Shown here in pieces: positions 27,200 through 37,900 of a stretch of DNA of 64,000 nt. How positions within the stretch are numbered: position 1 is the first letter of the stretch; each line of letters begins with the position of its first letter. Made by a program: the position numbers and the translations under genes. The DNA lies in NCBI RefSeq assembly GCF_023055435.1, contig NW_025963813.1, positions 5,518,001 through 5,582,000 of the forward strand. Direction: 5' to 3'. The notes below the pieces were generated by a model, which saw only the letters and a program-made list of their open reading frames with translations, was not told where the DNA came from and ran no database searches. This DNA comes from Haliotis rufescens (Eukaryota).

Positions 27200-29651
27200 C
27201 CTGCCAGTTACGTTTATCCACTTGAGAATAAACGATTTGAATGTCGCTATTGTGATTCACCACACCTTATATACTTGTGGTTCAGGAAATCAGGATGTTG
27301 AATGTAAATGCCCTCATTGGAAGATTTTCGAAAAGAAAATTCCAAGCGACTTTTTAAACCCTCAGACCGTGAAGAATTAATCTTTATTATGTAATATCAC
27401 ATGGGACGGTGTCACCTGCCTCTCTATTTTATGCATATCTTCCTGCATAATTATAAAAATCAAGCTGTGTATTTGTGACCTAACCTGGCACCCAGTGGCT
27501 AGCTCACTGCTGGGAAGCATGATAGATTTAACTGTTCATCCAATGCAATTTCAAACTACAGATGATTAGTGAGAAAAAAAATGAATGGAGAGAGAATTTA
27601 TAAATGAATGACAAATGTTGAACTCCAGTATTTCGTTGAGTGCATGTATTGAGTCTAGTAGGCTACCATTACTATGGGTCCAGAAGGTTTATCAACCTAT
27701 GTCAAATGCGTGTTTTAAAGCAAAATGTTATGGGAAGGTCATTATTCCTTTCTTCATAATGAAACTTGATGTGAAGAGGGAAATGTTCAAGTTTGAGATA
27801 TATTTTCAAAGTTTGAATTCCTACTTTTATAATCTCAAAGCCACATTATCTTCTATAATAAAACAAACTTCTTCTTTTTCTGTAACTAGCAAATCTTAAA
27901 TTGCCGTTCAGGTAGCGCAACAATTACCAAAAATATCCAAACTGCTTTAATGAAAACGAACTTCATCTTATTTTCAAAAGAACTGATAATATTAATATTT
28001 ATCATGATATGAACCCGGAAGTAGACACAGCTTTGTCTTGGCTACACCGTCCTTAGTAGGCGTAGGGATAAAAAACAAACGAGCAGGGTGTAACTGTGAG
28101 TTAGTGTTAGAGTGTGTGTCTGCGTTTTGGTCTGGAACTGGGTCTGTGTTTGAGTGTGAAAGTCCGGGCCACATTTAACTTGGTAACTGGCCCAGACCAT
28201 ATTTTTATAGATTGTCGTAAAATCTCAGCTCTCCACATCACATGTGGACATGATATACTAATCCATCAGACGAATACCTGATGTAACCACTATTTCCGCA
28301 GGAACATGTATGCGGTGGTGGTGGTACAACTAACGATCTATGACCCATGTATGACCCCCTTCCAGCCTTACCTGCCCACACCCACCAACAAAACTCCACC
28401 ACCGGAGTTGAACATTCATCTGGCCTCAAAGCACAATGATTTTCCTTCTTTGCTATCTGCAGTGACATGTCAACCCACATTAATTAATATCGTTCATAGG
28501 CTGTTCTCCCGTTGCATGACTAACCTGTCACTTATAACTTACACCGCAAACTACCAGCCTGGGTCCAGCAGCTCGATTTCCAAGTAACCACTGTCAACAA
28601 TGGTCAGTGGAAGTATCGAGCCTAAACACACAGATCGACCTTTAAACTGGGGGTCAAATCATGGAAAGCTGGAGTCAATATCATGTACTCATTTGGGATC
28701 AAAACAAATTATCAAGAAAATACAATGTCGAATCTCATGTCAAGCAAAACATATCTGGCCCAGACTCAACAAACCATTCGAACAGAGCACTACATTCTCC
28801 TCTTTACCTTCCGGATCATGGTAAAACTTAAGGGACGTAACTGTGGTCTGAGGCCATCTGAGAGGGAATCTGCTTCCTTGAAGATTCATATTGCGCTGGA
28901 TTCTTGAAAAGAACAAACAGATTTGGACTTGTTTTTGTGTGTGGGCTTTTCTAGAAATCTTGTTGTATTATTGGACATCTGCTCTACCTTATACGGCCTT
29001 AATGTTATCATCACCCCATGGGTGCATTGAGTCACATGTGTCACCTTTTTAGTTTGAATATTCGCACGGCTGTAATCATAAAGTAGGTTGGCGTTTAGAG
29101 GCCGTAATGACAGTATAATACTAAAAGGGGACTCCGTGCATTTTCGGACAGAAGTTGTCCACTTGCTTGGTTCAACATGTTTATAGGTTTACTCATCTGC
29201 CTTCGAGCTTCCGGACCTTTGTGGACAATGCTTCTAATGTGACAAACACTGTGCAGGACATTGAAAAGTAAGCAGTGGAACTACAGTAAACTACTTTTAT
29301 AACGAACACGCTTATAACGAACTGACGGATATAAAGTATTGCCCTTAGGTCCCGGGCATTTGCTACATATATCCTGTATATGTGCTTATAATGAACTACG
29401 GTTATAACGAACTAAAATATGTGGTCTCTTTGAGTTCGTTATGACCGTGGTTTACTGTGGCTGATACTATCTTGAATTTGGTTGTACTTGAAGAAAATAT
29501 AAGCCAAGAGAAAATTACAATATACATGGCAGTTTTATTTGTGCTCGTTGAGGAATATACAGCTTTGGTCGATGCAGCATGGCGAGTGGAATCGACAAAC
29601 ATGAAATTAAATGTCCAGCATTTGATGTGAATATGATGATACTTGAATGTT

Positions 29652-30301
29652 TTAACCGTGGTGTCCGCCTCCATGACCACCACCTCCATGGCCACCTCCG
29701 TGACCGCCACCGTGGCCTCCTCCATGACCTCCACCGTGACCTCCTCCATGACCTCCTCCATGACCTCCTCCATGGCCGCCACCTCCGTGTCCTCCGCCAT
29801 GACCTCCTTTGCCGCCACCGTGGCCGCCACCTCCATGGCCACCTCCTCCGTGTCCTTTGCCACCTCCGTGGCCACCTCCTCCGTGTCCTTTGCCACCTCC
29901 GTGACCACCTCCATGACCACCTCCGTGACCACCACCATGACCTCCTCCATGGCCGCCGCCTCCATGACCACTACCGTGGCCTCCACCTCCATGACCACCA
30001 CCACCATGGCCACCAAGGACGGAGCCAAGGCAGACTGTAAAGAACGTGAAGAAAAAACAATGCATAAGTGGTCATAGATGACAGGATGCATACATACAAA
30101 ATCCGTCTACCAATCCTAATAAATGTTTACATCATGGTAGAAACTATCCTGATCATAACGTTGTCAGAATTATCATAAAGCCATTTAAAACTCAGCAATG
30201 GCTCATAAAGTTGATTATTAGAAAGCTTGGGAATGCGAGTTCGCATCAGATAAGGCAAACGTACCCAAGACTACAACAACTGCAACATTAAGAAGGCGCA
30301 T
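29652..30301 (-). CDS. Secreted Gly/His-rich protein, copy 10 (exons 30301-30265, 30034-29652; 139 aa, most divergent)
   Basis: In-frame 12-bp GGGH insertion, one Gly>Ser change and Phe>Cys in the signal peptide; splice sites intact. Confidence 0.9.
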
Positions 30302-32783
30302 CCTGCCAGTTACGTTTATCCACTTGAGAATAAACGATTTGAATGTCGCTATTGTGATTCACCACACCTTATATACTTGTGGTTCAGGAAATCAGGATGT
30401 TGAATGTAAATGCCCTCATTGGAAGATTTTCGAAAAGAAAATTCCAAGCGACTTTTTACACCCTGAGAGCGTGAAGAGTGAATCTTTATTATGTAATATC
30501 ACATGGGACGGTGTCACCTGCCTCTCTATTTTATGCATATCTTCCTGCATAATTATAAAAATCAAGCTGTGTATTTGTGACCTAACCTGGCACCCAGTGG
30601 CTAGCTCACTGCTGGGAAGCATGATAGATTTAACTGTTCATCCAATGCAATTTCAAGCTACAGATGATTAGTGAGAAAAAAAATGAATGGAGAGAGAATT
30701 TATAAATGAATGACAAATGTTGAACTCCAGTATTTCGTTGAGTGCATGTATTGAGTCTAGTAGGCTGCCATTACTATGGGTCCAGGAGGTTTATCAACCT
30801 ATGTCAAATGCGTGTTTTAAAGCAAAATGTTATGGGAAGGTCATTATTCCTTTCTTCATAATGAAACTTGATGTGAAGAGGGAAATGTTCAAGTTCAGAT
30901 ATATTTTCAAAGTTTGAATTCCTACTTTTATAATCTCAAAGCCACATTATCTTCTATAATAAAACAAACTTCTTCTTTTTCTGTAACTAGCAAATCTTAA
31001 ATTGCCGTTCAGGTAGTGCAACAATTACCAAAAATATCCAAACTGCTTTAATGAAAACGAACTTCATCTTATTTTCAAAAGAACTGATAATATCAATATT
31101 TATCATGATATGAACCCGGAAGTTGACACAGCTTTGTCTTGGCTACACCGTCCTTAGTAGGCGTAGGGATAAAAAACAAACGAGCAGGGTGTAACTGTGA
31201 GTTAGTGTTAGTGTGTGTGTCTGCGTTTTGGTCTGGAACTGGGTCTGTGTTTGAGTGTGAAAGTCCGGGCCACATTTAACTTGGTAACTGGCCCAAACCA
31301 TATTTTAATAGATTGTCGTAAAATCTCAGCTCTCCACATCACACGTGGACATGATATACTAATCCATCAGACGAATACCTGATGTAACCACTATTTCCGC
31401 AGGAACATGTATGCCGTGGTCGTGGTACAACTAACGATCTATGTCCCATGTATGACCCCCTTCCAGCCTTACCTGCCCACACCCACCAACAAAACTCCAC
31501 CACCGGAGTTGAACATTCATCTGGCCTCAAAGCACAATGATTTTCCTTCTTTGCTATCTGCAGTGACATGTCAACCCACATTAATTAATATCGTTCATAC
31601 GCTGTTCTCCTGTTGCATGACTAACCTGTCACTTATAACTTACACCGCAAACTACCAGCCTGGATCCAGCAGCTCGATTTTCAAGTAACCACTGTCAACA
31701 ATGGTCAGTGGAAGTATCGAGCCTAAACACACAGATCGACCTTTAAACTGGGGGTCAAATCATGGAAAGCTGGAGTCAATATCATGTACTCATTTGGGAT
31801 CAAAACAAATTATCAAGAAAATACAATGTCGAATCTCATGTCAAGCAAAACATATCTGGCCCAGACTCAACAAACCATTCGAACAGAGCACTACATTCTC
31901 CTCTTTACCTTCCGGATCATGGTAAAACTTAAGGGACGTAACTGTGGTCTGAGGCCATCTGAGAGGGAATCTGCTTCCTTGAAGATTCATATTGCGCTGG
32001 ATTCTTGAAAAGAACAAACAGATTTGGACTTGTTTTTGTGTGTGGGCTTTTCTAGAAATCTTGTTGTTTTATTGGACATCTGCTCTACCTTATACGGCCT
32101 TAATGTTATCATCACCCCATGGGTGCATTGAGTCACACGTGTCACCTTTTTAGTTTGAATATTCGCACGGCTGTAATCATAAAGTAGGTTGGCGTTTAGA
32201 GGCCGTAATGACAGTATGATACTAAAAGGGGACTCCGTGCATTTTCGGACAGAAATTGTCCACTTGCTTGGTTCAACATGTTTATAGGTTTTCTCATCTG
32301 CCTTCGAGCTTCCGGGCCTTTGTGGACAATGATTCTAATGTGACAATCACTCTGCAGGACATTGAAAGGTAAGCAGTGGAACTACAGTAAGCTATTGGAT
32401 TCTTGAAACGAAGAAACAGATTTGGACTTTTTTTTGTGTGGGCTTTTCTAGAAAGCCTGTTGTATTATTAAAGATCTCCTCTACCGTATAAGTCCTTAAT
32501 GTTATCATCATAAGATAGAGAGATCGAGTGAGAGAGAATAATATAGTGTAAAATCGTTATAGCAGATTAGGGAAGATAGATACTAGTTACTGTACTTTAT
32601 CGGAGTCAGTATATCGAGCGCTCACTGCGTTATCAGCTGATCAAGGTTCATACCTCAAACACAGCTGGCAAACATCCCTCTGTCATTTTCACGTAAACAT
32701 GCTCCGTATCCCAGCTTCTCTACTACTTGTTGTGTTCCTGAGGTGAGTTCGTCCGCTGGGCTTGAACGTTGGGCAGTTTGGTG

Positions 32784-32919
32784 NNNNNNNNNNNNNNNNN
32801 NNNNNNNNNNNNNNNNNNNNNNNNNNNNNNNNNNNNNNNNNNNNNNNNNNNNNNNNNNNNNNNNNNNNNNNNNNNNNNNNNNNNNNNNNNNNNNNNNNNN
32901 NNNNNNNNNNNNNNNNNNN
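32784..32919. other. Assembly gap (136 N)
   Basis: Run of N. The sequence at 32395-32510 is a degraded re-read of part of the array spacer. Confidence 0.99.
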
Positions 32920-33554
32920 GTATCGAAGTGTAACAATATCGTATCGCACAATGCCGGGGTGCTTCGTTGAATCATCAATTCCTTGGTCAACATGTTCCCG
33001 TTTAGTTTTTTTGATACTATTAATTGTACTTGTATTCTTTTCAGTCACCAATGTCATGGCGTCAGGGATGAGAAAACAGACTCATTCAGGTAGGACTCGC
33101 TATACACGTTCTGACTCAACGTGACTTCTGTTGACGTGTTCTGTCTACCTATAATGAATGAGTGTGTAGGTTTGAACAGTGTGTCAACTTGATATTGGAG
33201 GAACGCCCTAAACGATGCCGATTTTAGACGGTTTGTCTAGATATGGCAAAATACCACTATGATATTTATCACGAAAGGGTGTGAGTGAGTGAATATGGTT
33301 TTACGCCGCTTTAGCAATATTCCAGCAAAATCACGACACCATATTGTACTTATGTGGGACACCCACCTTGGACGTCGGCGTTACGATAATAAGGAGTGAG
33401 TGAGTATGGTCTTACGCTGCTTTCAGCAAAATGTTAGCAATATCGGAGGTTAGACATCGCAACCCAAATACACACCCTTGACTAGCATTGGGGGTGATGT
33501 AAACTTCATATACTTATCGAGATATCGCCATGGTCGACTCGATGATGAGTTTGA

Positions 33555-33630
33555 CAGCCGCCATGTTGTCTTTCAACGTCTGCTTTGTCACGTGATCATC
33601 GAATGGCGAGGAAAATTTAGTATTGGCTGA
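33555..33630. promoter_or_regulatory. Candidate (possibly bidirectional) promoter with YY1, CLEAR/E-box and CCAAT motifs
   Basis: GCCGCCATGTT (YY1-type), GTCACGTGAT (TFEB/MiT CLEAR-like) and ATTGG cluster within ~70 bp, upstream of a lysosomal-type protease gene. Confidence 0.45.
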
Positions 33631-33929
33631 ATACATCTCGTGTCGACACGTCCCCAAAGATTCATTTGTTGATAATAATATTATATGCACAACAGTAAAT
33701 ATTATTTGGTAATTGTGTCATCTGATCCGTTACTGATATACATAAGACTATGTCTCGGGGTGGTAGAAGTGTGACTTCAAGCTTGAACCTGACAGTGGTA
33801 TGTGACTTTAACGCTGTTTTTAACACTAGTTGGGTAAAGGAGCCAACATAACAAGGTCGAACGGTTGGCTCGTAGGGAGTTACAGTTGGAACTGTTCCTC
33901 AGTGGCCTTTGCTTGTCCTTAGAGTCAAT

Positions 33930-34277
33930 ACCGCCTCCGTGGTCTAGTGGTAGAGCGTCCGCCCGGAGAGCGGAAGGTCCGGGGTTCGATCCCCGGGCGC
34001 GTCATACCAAAAGACGTTAAAAGATGGTACTTGTTGTTACCCTGTCTGACGCTCGGCATTAAGGGGCTAAAACAAGGACTGGTCGGCTCGGAGTCAGTAT
34101 ACTGTGTCTGAGTGGGGTATTCATGTTAAACTGCGGCATGGTATCTCAGTGTGCTAGCACTATAAATCGGCATCAGTCCGGACTAGTACAAGCAGCCACA
34201 CAAACACACACACGTACATGCACGTCGCAATATAAGTGGACGCGACGTTAAACCCAATTTCACCTCACCTCACCTTA
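33930..34277 (+). mobile_element. tRNA-derived SINE, family A, full length with (CACCT)n tail
   Basis: A box GGTCTAGTGG, B box GGTTCGATCCC, CACCT tail, and a 12-bp target-site duplication CCTTAGAGTCAA (33917-33928 and 34278-34289). Confidence 0.9.
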
Positions 34278-34558
34278 CCTTAGAGTCAAATAAAATGGAC
34301 CGACGGGTCATGTTCTGGTACTTGTTTATTTGTTTGCGTGTCATCGGGCGCTACTGGAGTGGATCATTCCGGACTAGTACAAGCAGCCACACAAACACAC
34401 ACACGTACATGCACGTCGCAATATAAGTGGACGCGACGTCAAACCCAATTTCACCTCACCTCACCTTACCTTAGAGTCAAATAAAATGGACCGACGGGTC
34501 ATGTTCTGGTACTTGTTTATTTGTTTGCGTGTCATCGGGCGCTACTGGAGTGGATCAT
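34177..34558. repeat. 191-bp local tandem duplication (SINE 3' end plus cathepsin 5' coding segment)
   Basis: 34177-34367 is repeated almost exactly at 34368-34558. Confidence 0.92.
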
Positions 34559-34664
34559 TGTTCATAGTTTGAGTCATTGGAATATTACTGACTGCAAACT
34601 TACACGACGTTACTTTCCCCATGCCGGGACTGGACTCCTTTTCCTTAAATTTTTATTCTTCCAG

Positions 34665-34914
34665 TGATTGGGTGAAGGAACACGGGAAGGTGTACCCGTC
34701 ATGGCAGGACGCTGTCTACAGAGAGAAGGTCTACCATCAGAACCTGCTGGAGATTGAAGACCTCAATCAGAAACACAGGTCGGAGTTAGTAACCAGAAGC
34801 TGTGTCTTGTGATAACTGATAATTGCTTATAGTTCATTTACTGAAACACTTTGAAAAACGCATATACGAATGTTTGTTTGATTTGGCAAAATGGCCACAA
34901 AAATAATATAAGTT

Positions 34915-34970
<56 letters not shown>

Positions 34971-37900
34971 ACACACACAGAGGTTATCTTGTGCACAGGT
35001 TTATGTTTTAAAACTTACCATTAACTCAAATGTATTCAGCTTTCGTACTACTGTGTAGGGGGCGCTTTGGTGGCCAAGTGGCTAAAGCGTTCGCTCGTCA
35101 CTCCGAAGACCCGTGTTCGATTCCCCGAAAGGGTAAAATGTGCGAAGTCGATATCTGGTGCCCCCGCCGTGATATTGCTGGAATATTGCTAAAAGCGACA
35201 TAAAAAAACATACTTACTCTCTCATTCACTTCTTTTTTTCTTCTTTTTTTTGACATCATTTATTCATGTTAATTATCAACGATTTTACATGGCCCTGCAC
35301 ATTGCCACGTGGACTGGCATACCAGGGTTTATATTTGGGTTTGAGTTGCTTAGAGCAATAATACTCATCTAATTATTCAGTACACATTTAATTTTTTCTG
35401 CAAGATAAACATTGTTATACTGTAGTACTTTGTATTGTATTTCTAGTTCTCTTTTAAATATTCTAAAAAGGCAGTCGGTTTCAGTTACTTTACATCTGTA
35501 CACAATATACTTTGCTAGCAGTAGTAAATAATTCATCAAAGTACACTCCTCTGTGCTCTCATTCACTTCTATGTAAACTTGTGACCTCTCCTTTTCCTGG
35601 GGCGGTCGAGTAGCCTAGTGATTAAATCGTTCGCTCGTCACGTCGAAGACCCGGGTTCGAATCCCGACATTTTTACAATGTGTGAAGCCCATTTCTGGTG
35701 TCCCCCGCCGTGATATTGCTGGAATATTGCTAAAAGCGGCGTAAAACCAAACTCACTAACTAACTCACTCACTGACTCTCCTTTTCCTAAATGTTGCTTC
35801 GAGCTTTTGAAACGCTGTAGTGATATCGCCAGTAGTGCTGACTGTGGAGTCAACTCATTGTTTTTATGTTACTATGTTTCAGGGGTCGGACTGAGTTCAG
35901 AGCTAACCAGTTCGCTGACCTCACCCCGCAGGAGTTCCAAGAGACAGTTCTGATGCCCAGACGCTCTGGGGTGGACTTCCCGCAAGACAGGTAAATATGG
36001 ATTCGTTTAGCCTGAGTTCCAGTCACAATAGCAATTCCCCGGATAAGGAGCATGTTTGAGTCAAATAACTACACTCCGAGGGCACCATACCAATGTGTAA
36101 ACCGCCTGCCTGAGACGCCGCGATAACACCTGAAAGATGTTCACTCACTCACTCTGAATGAATTTCAGTAAAACAGAGCAAGAAGCAACGACGTCTTAGA
36201 TTACATCAATTCACTCACTCACTCTTAGGCATATGTAAAACATCATGGTAGGTCACGGGTGGACCAGTCCAGACCAGTGAGGTAGCCGTGGCAGAAACCT
36301 ATACGGTCGAGGACTCGAATCCATGGTCGCCCTGATTATGTTTCTCGGTTTGTCAGAACCATATCCGTGCGCGTGGGTTTCACCAAAGTGTTTAACGTCT
36401 TGGAACGGTCTGGAAACTTCGGGCTTTCCTCCCACATTAAGCACACTCGCTGTGATATACCCGGTAAACTGTTTAAAGCGGCGTTAAACCCAACTCACCC
36501 ACTCATTCGACTGACCGGGTTAACAAACCTTGTCGCACACAATTAACACGTTTCATAGGACTGCAAATGTGCCCGAACCAGTGTTTTCAGAGCAAAGACG
36601 AGCGTAGCACCCAAACAAAACATTGCTTTCCGACAGTCGTAGTGCTAAGGTCGCTTTGTACAGCTGGGCCCTGGATTTGATAGTCACTGCACCTCTACTT
36701 GCAGCTATCTCGATATTGGTCACGTCGACTCTCTCCCAGACTCGTTTGATTGGACAACACAAGGCAAAGTGACGTCAGTCAAGGATCAAGGTAGCTAGAA
36801 CAACGAAACCTACATGTCAGCACGGTCACCACAGACCAACGAGAGAAATTATGTCACTCTATCTGTTATACATATGATCGCGCCATGGCATAATGATCAC
36901 AAATGGTTTGTGTGCCGTTTTCCATCATGTTCCATGGGTGACCCAGTCGTCTAAGGCGCTATGATTCGCTGTGCAGAGTTGCGTCCCTTGGGCGCGACAG
37001 AAACCTATGATTGTGGGTTCGAATCCCGGTTCGCCCTGATTATGTTTCTAGGTTTGTCAGCACCATACCTGTGCTCGTGGGTTTCCTCGAAGTGGTAAAC
37101 GTCTGAGACCGGCATCACTTCGGTCTTTCCTCCCACATTAAGCTTACACGCAGCGATATAAGTGTAATACTGTTAAAAGCGGCTTCAAACCCAACTCGCT
37201 CACTCACTCACTGTCGTGCATCGTCGTACTCGAGCGGTGTGATTCTTACACTCTTGGGCATTTCAAATATTTTCAAGCTCGATACCGATTTCAACCTCAC
37301 AATAAATTCCTCTATAACAAGTGTAAGATATTTTACAACCCAATTATTCCGACAATTGTAACATATGATTAATGGGATTTGACAATCGATTTCTTACTAT
37401 GCATTTCTCCATTGTCCAGGTTCCGTGGGTACCTGCTGGGCTTTCAGGTATGTCAAACATTTGAATCCTGTTGTACCAAACTCATGTTGACCAATAAATA
37501 GTTCGATTTATCCGGGGTTCGATACATCCTGTTTTTAATGAGACTGTAGAATTAACACATTCAGTCCGTGCTTGTTTATACGATCACTGGTTCCCGTCTC
37601 TTTCCCTCTCCAGCACTGTGGGGAACATCGAGGGGCAGTGGGCCATGCAGGGGAAGCCCCTCACCAACCTGTCCGTCGAGCAGATCGTGGACTGTGACGG
37701 CACCATGGACCAAGAGCAGTAGGAACTCACTCCATCTACTTCAATACAGTTGATGTCTTGATCCTGAAACATATGGTTGACCTTGCTGTTTGTCTTACTG
37801 ACCCTTTAACTGTATGTAAGGACCGCCTCCGTGGTCCAGTGGATCAAGTGTCTACCTGTAGAGAAGGTCGGTGGTTCGATCCATGTCAAAAGACGTTAAA

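Larger units (their letters stand above)
1..32395. repeat. Head-to-tail tandem array of ~3.09-kb gene-containing units (10 full gene copies plus partial spacers at both ends)
   Basis: The same sequence recurs with stop-to-stop spacings of 3069, 3054, 3088, 3088, 3089, 3088, 3089, 3090 and 3090 bp. Units differ only by scattered SNPs and small indels. The array starts before position 1 and breaks at ~32390. Confidence 0.98.

Noticed and set aside
1-32395. CRISPR-like or rDNA/histone array interpretation
   Set aside because: There are no short repeats with unique spacers and no rRNA or histone sequence; the DNA is eukaryotic and the units are whole gene duplicates.
33930-34005. tRNA genes at SINE heads
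   Set aside because: The A/B boxes continue into conserved SINE bodies with tails and TSDs.
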